Assembly (NCBI GenBank): GCA_053919585.1
Contig: CM132788.1
Reading direction: 5' to 3' (one strand)
DNA: 64,000 bases
DNA from: Euprymna scolopes
Taxonomy: Eukaryota
Shown: in pieces, positions 1 through 12,990 of the stretch
Numbering within the stretch: position 1 is the stretch's first letter
How the letters are laid out: every line of letters starts with the position of its first letter
The notes under the pieces: generated by a model
Seen by the model: only the letters and a program-made list of their open reading frames with translations
What the model was told of the DNA's origin: nothing
The model's database searches: none
Position numbers and translations under genes: made by a program

Positions 1-1539
1 TCTATTGCTGGTATATAGCCTGTTTATTAAAAAAAACTTTGTTTGTTATATATGTGCATACATGTTTCAGTGGAGTTCCAATTCAGGGGCATTATCATTG
101 CATTAATTATATCAGACTCCTTTTAAAAGAAGTGCATGATTAATAAAAAAAACATGAATTTGAACCGATAATCCTTTACCAACCTGAGAAGACGAATTCT
201 AACTTAATTTTTTTTTACATAAGTTTTAATAATTATGCTGAAATTGTAAGGAAATTTTAAGATGATATCAAGAAACATATATATTAATATGAAGTATTTC
301 ACCAGTATTAATGTTTTGGGATGGAAGACACAGGTTTTAGATTCTTGTATAACTGCCCAAATACTAGACAGTATGTGTAATCTTCACACGTCACTATTAT
401 TGTCATCATTATCATTTAGATAATAATAAACAGCAGCAGATACCGGAAGTAAGAACACTTTCTAAAAGGATATATAGAAGAATATAAAGTCGGTGCTAGA
501 TCTATAGCATCAAAACTTCGGTTCCTGATTGGTCCCCTTGTATTATCAATATCCTACGGTATTAAACGCGTAAGCTGGTTAAAAGATTCCGGAATAATAA
601 TGCGTCTTTTTTACAAAGGGCAAATTACGACAGAACAGAACGTGTAATTATGTATAAAAAATTCAGGGTAGGAATAAAAACATTGCTATTATTTATGTAA
701 AATTATCGGTCAATGTCAACAGATATATATTATTTTCGAAGATGTTGCTAAGACAGTCGTGTAGAATATCCAGAAAAATTCGTTAGCAAAATATTCCTTG
801 TTTTTTTTTTCGTTGTTTACATGCGATACTTAAAGCGTTGCCGATCCGGAACTGTATTTCGTTGTAATGTGAAAAATGGTGAGTGTTTTAGGTAAAGTTT
901 TTAACTGAAGAAAAAACAACATATGTGGACTTGTATAAAATCGCCGATAATTTTCTGCCATAGATCCTAAAATTATCATTTATTGAGCCTTATCAATACT
1001 TTTTCTATGATTGGACGGGCGTATGTTCAATAAATGTTTCTTAAAACTATTTCTATCTAGAAAATATCGTTTCATATGTTAAATTTACTATACCTTTCAT
1101 GACATGTGTGATGACATAGGTATTAAGCCGTCACCTCCCGATTTATTAACTCCTTTACATCTAATGCTAATTGAGAACAATGCACTCCTGTTGATATTTT
1201 ATACATTCTCGATATTCAAGAGACGAGTAAGGCTTGTTTACTCCACCACATTTCTCTGTATCTTGTTCGTTTTCAATACACCTTTCAACTCGTGCTCCGA
1301 GTTGTATTTTCGTGGGTCCAAGGTTGGTTCACACCAAAATGCGATCGAAGACTGAAACAGGTAATCCACCCACTAATTGGTGTCGGGGATTCGGTACGAT
1401 ATACTTACGCAAATAGTCCAGCCATTTTACATCAAAAAATTAACGGAAATTACAGGAAACGACATGTAAAATTAAAAAAAACAAAACTTTCAAGTAAATA
1501 CAAAATATCAAAGCAAATCGCAGACAGGCTGTTTTATTT

Positions 1540-2152
1540 TTAGCTGCGCACGTTCCCCTATTTTTTCTTCGTACTACGAATATTTATTGATCGAAATAAG
1601 CACCATCAGTATCAACGTTTTCTCAAACGAGAAATAAGTGTATTTATGCCAGTAACGTAGAAACTTGCGTTCTAGTGGATATGAAGTCGTCGAGATGGAT
1701 GAAAAAATTATAGTCGGTAGGTAAGTATTCTGGAGAGTATGGCAGATTCCCCAGAATTTCGAAGCTGAATTTCTGGGTCGGTTTAGCTACGATCGGTCGA
1801 CCATTATCGTATAGAACAAATTCAAATTGAATAACGCTGGGCGTTGTCGAATTTTGAGATGCTTTACATACATTTGTTTATAGTACATCTCTGCCGTAGT
1901 TGTTTTGCCTGCATAAAAAAAAATATGCTGTAATATATGAGAGCGTTTGCAGACAACTAAACAATTAGTATAATTATCTTCTGGTACAACTCAAGTTTCG
2001 GAAAGTTTCGTGGAGTTGTTCGGTGTCTACTCAGCGAGCCGAGCGTCGCCGTTGTTGCAAAGTACCCACTTTTCATCGCAAGTCACTATCTGGCAGAGAA
2101 AGGGAAGATAACACTTCGTAACGGCGATTCATCTTTATAAAACTCTCTTTAC

Positions 2153-2198
<46 letters not shown>

Positions 2199-2664
2199 TC
2201 AAGTTGTCGGAAATGTTCGTATACGTAACGCTTAATTCAGGAAAATGTTCTCGAACAGTTGATAGTGGACTGGGTTCGACTAAGGCTCTTTATCGATCGT
2301 TGTCAACATCCAATGGCCGACCACTATGCATATCAGTTTCAAGACTCCTTTTGTCGCCACGAGATTTCTTAAAACACCATCGTGCTGTTCGTTCAGTACT
2401 AATTCTTAGACCGACCGCTCCGTTGATATCGAGAGCTTATTCAGCAGCTCTAATGCCTAGCTGGAATTTAAATAAGAAATTGGACGAATTTACTACTTTC
2501 CAGCTTGTATTGAACGTGTCGAAAAGAAGACATAATAGTTTCTAAACGATTGTAATTAAAACGACCGATAGAGCGAACTGATATATAAAGTAAAAATAAA
2601 TGTCATGATAAAAGGTATTTGAAATCCAAATTCAAAATTCGCAAGAACTTTCTGCCCAACCGAA
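1540..2664 (-). mobile_element. Near full-length degenerate mariner (DD34D-type) transposon; transposase is a pseudogene
   Basis: Frameshifted minus-strand translation gives the HTH region FKFQLGIRAAE*ALDING..ERTARWCFKKSRGDKRSLETDMHSGRPLDVDND, the first catalytic D (PFLCQIVTCDEKWV), then VLYDNGRP...NLPYSPEYLPTDY and the C-terminal DGAYFDQ*. A mariner-like TIR (TTCGGTTGGGCAGAAAGTTCTTGCG on minus) lies at ~2640-2664. The left TIR is decayed. Confidence 0.85.
2155..2196. repeat. (CT)n microsatellite interrupting the mariner relic
   Basis: Read directly from the sequence. Confidence 0.95.
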
Positions 2665-3267
2665 GCAAGAAGAGTAAATGTTAAAGGCATCTCCTTCTTG
2701 GTAATACCCTAAGAGTTACTGATAATCCTTTAGGAATAAGGAAACAATAAGGAAATGATAAACAATAAGTGTTTACATTGTGAGGTTGTTACAAAACATT
2801 TCATGGAAGACATGAGGAAGATAACGTATTGTCGTGTTGTAATCAGAACTGATGCTTAAGATAATAGTTTAACAAAAAATGTTGCTGTAGTCTTTAACGA
2901 AGAGGTTTATGAGATTACGATATTCCCCGATGATTATATGAAGCTATTAACCAAGTGAATAGCTCAATATAATAAAAAATGTATCGCTTGAGGGATCGAA
3001 CATATTTTCCTGTTAAGCAGATGAGATAAAATTCATGGTATTTAATCCATCATAAATGATCTAGAATTTTAATTTGAAATGTATGTCTGCAATTATTGAT
3101 TTTCTACGATTTGCATGAGATTACTCTCCGTATAGACTTTCAACGTAAACGATCAGGATATGTCCATTATAATCTAATATGTAGTTTCTTTTCTAATGTA
3201 AAACTTGTATAGACCATTTACTTAATTTTGTAAATATTGTTGCTTTGTTGTGAAATATGCTGAGGAC

Positions 3268-3549
3268 AATATATATATATATATATATATATAGTTACTG
3301 CTTACAACAGCACGTTTGTCAAAGTCAAATAAATATCTGACGAAGAGATCTTTCTCGAAATATTCTATTACACGGATATACCACCAGACCGACTCTCCCA
3401 AGTGACCACTGTGCAAATATAAATATACTGTGTATATGAAATATGAAATTGTACGCATGTATTTATAAGTTCTATTAATAAATTTCTCACATGCTTCAGC
3501 TTGTGTCTTTCCGTTACTTCTGCATTGTACCGCCTTCTACAATTCTATT

Positions 3550-3589
<40 letters not shown>

Positions 3590-3656
3590 TATATATTTAT
3601 AAATACATAAAATTATTTACACACTATTTATATAGCTTACATATATTACCTAATAA

Positions 3657-3706
<50 letters not shown>

Positions 3707-3757
3707 TGAAAAAATGAGAGATGCAAACGCACGTATCTACCGAACTATGCATATATT

Positions 3758-3815
<58 letters not shown>
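3268..3815. repeat. Cluster of (TA)n and (GA)n microsatellites
   Basis: Four TA runs and one GA run. Similar TA runs recur at about 10495, 13597, 18441, 22319, 27463, 29683, 35047, 35747, 36549, 36873, 38076, 39697, 39923, 41006, 41804, 44497, 50123 and 53567. Confidence 0.95.
3330..3370 (+). ncRNA. Minimal hammerhead ribozyme-like motif (probably decayed)
   Basis: CTGACGA(3337)-A-GAGA/tctt/TCTC-GAAA-TAT. Weak stem I (AATA/TATT) with a mismatch. Lies between TA tracts. Confidence 0.4.
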
Positions 3816-3816
<1 letters not shown>

Positions 3817-4319
3817 CAAGAGGGGGGAGAGAGAGGGGACAAGAGAGAGATGCCTGTGTTTGTGTCTGCAATGGAAAAGTTGAAACGAGTTAAACACAGT
3901 GATAGATCATGGAAATAGGTGGGCCATCAATTCCGTTTTAATAAACGAACAAGTTAAAAAAAGGTTAAATCTCTAATTTATTGAAATAGCCTAATAATTA
4001 TGTTATTTTATTCATTATTGTAAAATAGCTTTGTGAAACTCAAAACAGTACAGTCGCACGTCTTATATTCTGACATGTTGTTTACTAATTTCAATAAAAA
4101 TAAATAAATTACATATTTTTTAAAGATTTCTGATAATCGATATAAAACTGGCTAAACTGTCGTGTTTAATGATTTATTGAGGTGTTAAACTTGTTTTTCT
4201 TTTGTTTTTATTTCCATGCGTTTTCTCCTTGACATTTATTTTAGTGGTATAGTTCATATTTACAGACTCAAACACACGAACACACAAACCTTTTCATATA
4301 TATATATATTATGTACATA

Positions 4320-4558
4320 CAGTAATATCTTGCTACGATGTGCAAGACGTTTAAATCATATTAGATATCATCAAGCAAGACAAATTATGGCGCAAAAATA
4401 GAAATGTACCAGACCTTTTTAAAATTTTGACGTAAGAAAATGTGTCAAAATTTGAAACGGTCTGTACCTTTTTTTTTAGTTTTTGAACCTTAATTTTTCT
4501 TGTCTTATAGTATCTAATATGATTGAAACGGTCTGCTCATCGTAGCAAGGTATAACTG
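4320..4558. mobile_element. Palindromic (fold-back) Tc1/mariner-superfamily MITE, 239 bp
   Basis: TA|CAGTAATATCTTGCTACGATG...CATCGTAGCAAGGTATAACTG|TA. Arms are complementary almost to the centre, with CAGT/ACTG ends and a TA target-site duplication. Confidence 0.85.
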
Positions 4559-4653
4559 TATTTACATAAAAAATTGAAACATATAACTTGCTATCTTATG
4601 ATTGAGCACTATCAACGACCCTTGTTGAAATTAAATTATTTTCATTTTTTGGA

Positions 4654-4822
4654 NNNNNNNNNNNNNNNNNNNNNNNNNNNNNNNNNNNNNNNNNNNNNNN
4701 NNNNNNNNNNNNNNNNNNNNNNNNNNNNNNNNNNNNNNNNNNNNNNNNNNNNNNNNNNNNNNNNNNNNNNNNNNNNNNNNNNNNNNNNNNNNNNNNNNNN
4801 NNNNNNNNNNNNNNNNNNNNNN
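4654..4822. other. Assembly gap/masked N run. Others: 9553-9754, 20058-20234, 25654-25887, 27135-27265, 28192-28339, 28351-28524, 30549-30696, 31623-31767, 45299-45571
   Basis: N runs in the sequence. Confidence 0.99.
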
Positions 4823-6259
4823 GTATCATGTCAAAATAAATGATAATTCTACGTATCTAGAAAATCTATCATACGGCATTATTATGTAATCCCATATATA
4901 ATAATTTGATTGCAGAAAGTTCTCTCATGACCAAAGTACACAAGGTTTACTTCAACGGAGGCAACACACAAATTATATCTAGACTATTTTCCAGCATATT
5001 ATATAACTTGTGAACGCCATCCTACACACATTTACCCGATATATTAAAATCTTACATGACATCATATCTAGCGTAAATATATACAATGGATGTAGCTTCT
5101 ATGTTTCCCACGAAATAAAAAGTACTACTTCCGCTCCCAGTCGACAAAAAAAGGTGTTCTGCATACTCCACACTGAAGTTTTACTATGATTACATGGACT
5201 TTGTTTTATAATTACATTTAATAGACATCGACCAACAAGAATATAATGTTGTTTTTATTTTACAGTAGATATATTTCTGTTTACTTTACGCGATCGAGTT
5301 CTTATCACTGATATCATGACTCAACTTTATAATATTAAGTTATTTCGAGGGTCAGATTGTCATAGGTTCGTCGTGGCGTAGTCGATAAATGCGTTTTAAA
5401 CTTTCACTCTTGACCTCTTCGGTTAATTTTCGTTATTTTTCCCCTTGACCAGTTTACGCCACTATTAGCAATTTTTCAAGGTATATTTATATTTTTTATA
5501 TTTCTGAGACACTCAAATGAATCAGATAGCAAAATAAAGTGTTTTTCCTAATCACCATAAATTTTATTACATAAAAATAGATCATTAAACATAATTTATT
5601 TCCTTACAGGTATATAATACAAAGCTTATTTCATAAATTTTACAATAATTATGTTTCTGTTGTACAACACATTGCATTTAAAAAAAGTTAATATTGTTCC
5701 AATCTCATAATTGTTTTACTTCTATTGTTCATAATAGAAACAAAATCCTGTACTTAATTTTCCACTCACAAAAACGTGTGTATTATGTAAAAACACAAAC
5801 TGTGTTGTTTATACGGTGTATTTATTCTGCTTACTTAAAACTGTTCATTTCTGAGAAACCGCGTATAATTTTTAAATTATAACGTACATGTGACGACAGG
5901 AAGTTAGGTCCCTTGAAGTAATATAGGGCCCGAGAGTGTTTGCTACCTTAATCCAATCTTCCCAACAAAAGACATGTTCTGAACAATACCCTGAAAAATA
6001 CCATGGCCACTACCCTGTAAAATAACCTGAACCATACCATACGCGCCAGCTAGGTTCGCACGAACCAAAAGGCACTGCGGCCACTCAGAAAATTGCGTGT
6101 ACATTCCGAAAGCAGTTTTTGTGGAGTGTTTTTCGAAAGCCGTTCCTGGGTGTGTCTATTCTGAAAGTCATTCTTTACATGAAGATGTTGGGGGTTCTTC
6201 AACAACAACAACTACAACAGAAACCGCACTTTATAGTTTTATGCAAGGAAGGGATGCAT

Positions 6260-6310
6260 GCAACCACCAAGCAATGCCGCTTATCGGGTACTGCCAGTTG
6301 GATATTAATA
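6260..6310 (+). mobile_element. Possible decayed Helitron-like 3' terminus
   Basis: GCAATGCCG..CGGGTACTGCCAGTTGG resembles the GCAACGCCGGG..CTAG ends at 36548, 41802 and 43238. Confidence 0.3.
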
Positions 6311-7014
6311 AGTAATGTATTTATCATAAGTTCTAATGGTGTGTGGATATTGCTTCTGTCACTTATCCTTGCTGAGATAGACTCCAACATACGTTAAAAA
6401 ATATATGGAGCGTTTCATTATGCTATGCATTTCCAGCTAGTTTTCGTAGGTAAAACATTTCGGCCCTGTATTTAATCAACCGTATCTTACATTGAAAATG
6501 TAAGACTAATCACCAATCTTTTTTTGCCGTTTTTGTAACATATCAAATTTGCACAAATTTTCTTCATTATTTCAACGTATTCTTCTCACGTGTAACCATA
6601 TAATTATTATATCGTAAGGAGGAACGTATCCCCATAACCTATACATCTATTAACGAAACTTTGTCCCCACCATGTTGCCCAAATGACAGTCTTACATTTT
6701 ATGTGTATATTACAATCTTGTCGTGTTATAATCAAGTCTAAACGATGTTCAACATTCTCATGAAGTGTTATATATTTGAAGAAAGAACTCCTAAAACGTG
6801 ACTGTTTTACTTAATAATATTTGTACATTATAAAAATATGTTTAATATACAGTATAAAACGTTATGACATAAATCAAATAAACTAGTATGTTGCTATCTT
6901 CTACGACTAATTAGCAGCGTTGATGGAAGGGAGGTCAATTGTTTTGCTTTATAGAGTGTTGTTATTGGCCAATTGAGAAAGTGGAATGTGGTGTTTATAT
7001 ATACTTAAGGGGAA

Positions 7015-7054
7015 TAGAGTTTCATGCATGCCCTATGACATGCATGAAACTCTA
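7015..7054. repeat. Perfect 16-bp inverted repeat (8-nt spacer) ending in GAAACTCTAGTA
   Basis: TAGAGTTTCATGCATG / CATGCATGAAACTCTA. Confidence 0.8.
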
Positions 7055-8501
7055 GTAAGCCTTGTATGCATCTCCTAATTAGGATGATTTTATTAAATAC
7101 TTTATAACTGAATTATATGTGTAAGTAATCAAAATGGTATACACATGTGAGTATATTAGTAGTGCGCCATTGTGTTCTTGTTGTAAATTCGTATGCAACT
7201 GTATAACGCATTTCGGTTCAGTTAGTTACTGTTATTCACGCGTGAGATTGATCAGACTTGTATATGCGTCCATGAAGATAAATTTTTGCCTTTCTTCGTC
7301 CGGTTAAAGTCCCGATGACCACTGTGGATCATAAGTTCTGGATCATTCTGTAACTCCAGCTTGTGGAGTTTGTCGTGAACGTTTCACTGTTTCTTTCCTT
7401 ATTTTAAAGTAATTTCTAATTTCTGATCAGTTTATTATTATACGATACATTTGTTACTTTTGCGGTTCGAAACGATTGTCATTTTTTGATAATATTTCAG
7501 TTAGCATGTTCTTGTAGACACTGTTTTGTACATGAAATTTAAAAAATGTACTATTACACCGTATAAACAAAGACAGTAGCATTACATCAAGTGAATATTA
7601 AGCAGTTTTCAGTATCACAATTGGAGTTCACTACATTCTTAAAACCTAAATGTAATTCATCGTAACAGGAAAATATAGATCAACGTATATAATACGTTTT
7701 TTTTTATTTCACCTTGGTAACTTTTATTCATGTAAGTTTTCATTCGTCAATTGCTACCGAAAACATGCCACAATTGAAACATGTTACGTAGAAAATCGAT
7801 GCCGAATGAGTATTCAGATGACATTTTCATATAGGCTGCTAAGAAGCTACCGCACACTGGAATATTTGATTCAGATATTGCACTCGGGAACATGTTTCTT
7901 CTATCTATTTTAAAAATTAGCAAATTGCGAAGATGTTCCTCTTACAAACAAATATTGGTTAACGAATAAAATGAGTTGAAAAAAAAAAGATTCGATTAAA
8001 TAACTAAATGTTTTTCTTATTTAAAAAAAATCTATTAAGAAATATTTCAGTCACAACCTTCAAATAAATATATAGAAAGAAATTATTCTTTAAAAAATAC
8101 GCATTTACACAGTCGAATTCAGAAATTCTTCTTCATATCGAATTATGATGCAGAAATTATATTTCTCTTCTATAAAAATTATATTCTTTACATAAATAGA
8201 AAAAAAATGAACCCCCATTCAATAAAATGTGAACATTTTAAAAGAAAAAAAACTATATGATTTGATATCAAGAACATTCTTCATTACTTCGAACTGGGAT
8301 TAAAAAAAATGCGTCCATTCAATGAAAATGGATTACACTTTTTTAATGAACCTTCACATGCTGATGTGTCTCATCTCAGATTGAGAAAAATAGAACTTAT
8401 GATTGATACTCATTTTTATTCAGCACGTTTTTTTCTTTATTGTATGGTGATGCTTTATCAGAAATGTAATTTATTCTAGTGAAACAAATAGTTAAATATA
8501 A

Positions 8502-9148
8502 TGTTAGAGAAGGTTTGAACAGCAAGAACTCTTTGCTGTAGTCACGAAAGCTCGGTCCACCTAATAAAGATTAATGGAATGATAATCAAATGAAAAAAAT
8601 TCAAATTAGACTAGTTGCTAAGGAGGCGTAATCCCAGCTGTAATTCACTTACTAAGCGAAATTCTAGTTTATAATAATCAGATAAAGCTGGTAGTTAAAG
8701 AACGTAAATCTAGTGAATAAAATCCTGGATTATCATAAATTGTGATAAGGATTGTTAAAGCCAGAATAGAGGAGAACGAAAGCAACGATCACTAGCAACT
8801 GACTCTTTTACCACTCACGCAAATTCGGGGAGTTCTGAAATTTATAAGTACTCATAAATTCTAGATTAGTATGGAGAGGACTGTGGCACTATTTGTTCTG
8901 ATGCAACTTTCAGCGTAGTAACATAAATATTCGTTCTGAGTGATCAGGCCTGTCACGTAAGAGTAAGGCAATATACTTCCCATAATCGCATTCTCATCTC
9001 TCTCTTTTTCTTTATCTTGCTCCATTGCTTTCGCGCAAAAGAATTAGCCAAGGAAGCCTAGCTAGGGTAAAAGAAAACTGTTGTAATTAAAGTATTAATG
9101 TTTAATGCATAAAATTATTAAATAAATAGTTTAGTTCTTTTTTCTACA
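8502..9148 (+). mobile_element. Possible solo LTR
   Basis: TGTTAGAGAA...TTTTCTACA termini, TATA-like TTTATAAG and AATAAA near the 3' end. No TSD found. Confidence 0.3.
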
Positions 9149-9153
9149 ACCTC

Positions 9154-9552
9154 TGTTACGTGTCATTTGTCTCCACCCAAATAGACTTTAAATCCAGAAT
9201 TCGATATAAAGTCGGCATTAGAGCCAGATCGACCCAAGAACCAGTGAGCTGAACTGAACATAAACAAGCAGAAGAAGTCAACAACACTGAAGTATATGTT
9301 ATCGTATTATGAATACCGTTTGGTAATACAAGCAAACCCTGACTTCGTTCGAATAGCGATCATTTGTAAACATTGGCGGACCAGAAACGTCCCAATGGTG
9401 GCCAAGAAACAAACCGCCAGCAAACGAATAGGTTATAATTTGGTACCTATCGTTTAATCATGTCTAACACCCGAGGAGCTGATTTCCTCAAGCCCGGCAA
9501 AAAGGCATTGTCATACTGGTTGCCGTTCTCTGGCGGTTTCTTAATCGAGTAT
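9154..9552 (+). mobile_element. 5' end of an LTR retrotransposon (LTR, PBS and gag start), cut by a gap
   Basis: TGTTAC...GTAAACA (9154-9372) with an internal TATAAA is followed by PBS-like TGGCGGACCAG. The ORF MSNTRGADFLKPGKKALSYWLPF resembles a Gypsy gag N-terminus. Confidence 0.5.
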
Positions 9553-10477
9553 NNNNNNNNNNNNNNNNNNNNNNNNNNNNNNNNNNNNNNNNNNNNNNNN
9601 NNNNNNNNNNNNNNNNNNNNNNNNNNNNNNNNNNNNNNNNNNNNNNNNNNNNNNNNNNNNNNNNNNNNNNNNNNNNNNNNNNNNNNNNNNNNNNNNNNNN
9701 NNNNNNNNNNNNNNNNNNNNNNNNNNNNNNNNNNNNNNNNNNNNNNNNNNNNNNCTTGAAAATCTCTTCTGCACATATTTGTCATTTACCTGAGAGATAT
9801 ACTACATCGAAAAACAGGAAGAGTAAAATGTTCAGAAAAAAACACAATCGCATGAATTGTAAAGAAACAACGACCATTCATATAAAAGTTTGACATAGCT
9901 TCCACTACAAATATTTGTGAAAAATATTCCAGCATGCATAGATCGATAAAAACCATGCAATCAAATCAAACGAGAATGCTGTTTGAATATCATGCGCAGT
10001 GGCTTCTTCGATCTGACATTTTTATTGAAATACATACAGAATTTTTGAAGTAAAACTTAACAAAAAATCTATTTCATTTCAATTTTTTTAAGAAGCAGGA
10101 AAAACTCAGTATTTTATAGAAAATATGAGAAGTATGATATCGATTAAAGTATATTCGACCTTTTCATTATATCCCATATTACTCGATCATAAAATGGTTG
10201 TACGCTTCTCGCTGAGCGCTATGCAACTGTGTATGATAAATAAATACAAAAAGACATTTTCGTAAAAATAATTGTTTAACAATAACGGATTTTTTTACTG
10301 AATTCATTCAAAAATAGTTATTTATTTGTCATTTCTAATTTTTGGAATATTTCTCATAAAACATGGATATTTATACGCTTTCAGTGTATCTCAATAAATA
10401 CATATTTTATATTTTAATAAATCGTTAATATATCTCTTGTTTCTCTCTCTACCTCACTCTACACACAGACACACACG

Positions 10478-10531
<54 letters not shown>

Positions 10532-10930
10532 TGTGTGTAAGTTAGTGTGCATATGTGTGTGCAATACTAGTAATCTTTTTAGCAAAGAAATATGTGAAAA
10601 GATAGTAGAAGCTGTACACGATTAAGTAGGGAAAACTAAAATAGGGAGAAAGATAATTGGAATGGAATACTTAATTTCATCATTAGGTCAACGTAAAAGT
10701 AAAAAAAACCTAAGATTTCAAGATGAGCCTTTATGCTTTATATCAGAATATGAGAAAACAGACTATAAATCTATAAAAAGCTATATATACATACAGCCTC
10801 AGGAAGTGAAAATATAGGTAGACATAAGATAACAGAAAGGAGCGTATATGATAGAGTAGGCAATACATAGGAACGGATACCGGAAAATATATACAATACA
10901 TATAAGAAACATTAGCGAAAATGGGAAACA

Positions 10931-12185
10931 TATATTATCAAATATTGAGTACGCTCTTCACATTTCTGTAGATATTTTAGTATATACTCTCATGCGACAC
11001 ACTGACAGAATGACACTTTGTGCAGCTTTATTTTCCTCGAGAAAATGACGCAAACGATAGCCTGCTTAACGCCTTGTCTCGCAGACTACTAAATGAAGCA
11101 AAAATTGAGGTGCGTTTGAGGTTATTGTAATTCTGAACAACTGCGCTTTCAGCCATTTCATGGAATGAGGGGAACATGCTCTACCGCAGTATTTTACCGG
11201 CGATGTAATAGCAATGTTTTCTTATATAAAATGTAACTCCCTAATATATATAACACACATGCAGCTCCAGACCATGGCATTTCCACCATCATGCTTGATT
11301 ATAGTCATGACTTACTTATCCTTGTATCCTCACATGTTCGCCGACACACACGCTTGAATCGAACGGAACCTAACAAAAAAAATTGTCATTTCATCAGATC
11401 ATAAGACATGGTTCCAGTTAGCCCTGTGCTTTATTGTCATGTCTTAAGCAAACTGTTTGCGGGCTACTTCTTTTATTGTCTTCAGAAGAAACTCCTTTCA
11501 AGGGTGGCATCTGTGCATGCTTGCTTAATATATAGTGATGCGTATAGGTGGAGCACTAACATGGTGATCCCCACCTTTTCAATGCTGGCTGCACTCACAC
11601 GTAGATATTTCAATGCGAAGTACTTAACGTGCGCTCAATTTCTTTGGATGATCTACCCGAGTTCTCACTGGGCAGTCCTCTTTTAAAACGCTGGATGATC
11701 ATAGATACTATGTTGCAGCTCATTTACAGGGTGTAGACAGTTTTCTTATAGCTTTAGCAATGTTCACGTAGCGCAACAAAACGATTTTTAGATTCTCAAA
11801 AAGTGCGTCGTCATATAGTGAATGTATTGAAACTTTTACTAACCTGCATGGGAAAGGTTGAGAGCTTCACTACAAATTTGATCGCACCTGCTCCCCCTGC
11901 ATACATGAGCCTAGTAAAAATGTTAAAGGTGTGATGTTTTGGAGGGAAAATAACAAGCAGTATTCAATTTGTAAATTTACGAGTTGAGGTTCCCAAAATG
12001 TACTCAATTATTTGGCAAGAGTTTAGTTCCTGATGCTTATATTTTCAGTTTATTTGAGGTGTAAATAAATTAACAGAATAGATTGCATTGTGCGAAGTGT
12101 CATTTTCTCAGTGTTGGTCAATTATGGGATGCACTTTCATATTTAAAGAGATCCGAAGAAATATACTCACTTTTGTGAAACACTG
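10931..12185 (-). mobile_element. Degenerate, internally deleted Tc1-like transposon with IR/DR-type ends
   Basis: Terminus TA|CAGTGTTTCACAAAAGTGAGTA at 12185, an inner repeat AATAATTGAGTAC at ~12000 and a partial opposite TIR at 10940-11020. Transposase remnants: WNHVL*SDE, IKHDGGNAMVWSCM, SMFPSF..AVVQNYNNLKRTS. Confidence 0.85.
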
Positions 12186-12299
12186 TATGCGAAAAATAAA
12201 CTAAACATTAGATAGTTAGTAAAATAAAGTCCTTAGGGCACTGTCTTGTAGATATAGAGCGATGGTAAGGAGTTTACTGCTCCAAAAATTTAGGTAGAG

Positions 12300-12990
12300 A
12301 TCTGGAAGTATGTATTTTTAAGAAAATTATGGGGAATCTGTGACTGAACAATGAGAGATATGAATGCACGTTTTCAATTCGAATGTTAATAGATAAATAA
12401 ATCGAAAGATATGTGTGCATTAATCTATCAAGATAACTATTAAAAAACGCTGTTTACTCAACAATGGATCTAATGAATTAGATGCCAGTTGAAGGCAGAT
12501 TTCGACGCTTCAAAATATAAAGATGATATGAATGGTAATAGCTTTCCTCCATGTCCGTGAGGTAGTACCGACAGTAGACAAAATCCCCTCTACTAAATAT
12601 GACATAGATGAAAAATAAGCGAAGTATTAAAAAAACAGCATGTCATCTAGTGTGTTCGGCTAGTAAAAAATGAATGAAGGTTTCAAATATTTAGGAAAAA
12701 AAATAAATTAAAAAGGAACAATTACAGATAGAGGTAAATTAATGTTAAATTACAAAATATATAAGTATTCAAATATATAAAAATTAATTAAATGACTTAA
12801 AATACATGACTGGAGACAGAAAGATAGATAGAATGGATACTGAAAATAAGAGAATGGATAACAATTTTAAACAATAGATGACGTACATAACATGTAAAGA
12901 AGACACTATCAAAGAAAACCAGCGAAACCAGCCGCCAAGCTGCGAAGTAATCGAGGAGATATTCAGAATATGGTAATGACTGAGACTATA
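12300..12990 (+). mobile_element. Very decayed LINE (RTE-like) RT remnant
   Basis: Isolated motifs only: IRMLIDK and EGFKYLGKKIN*KG. Confidence 0.3.

Noticed and set aside
12555-12575. let-7-like TGAGGTAGTA (also miR-100-like AACCCGTA at ~24018 and miR-10-like TACCCTGTA at ~6011)
   Set aside because: Only 8-10 nt match; there is no mature-length match or precursor hairpin.
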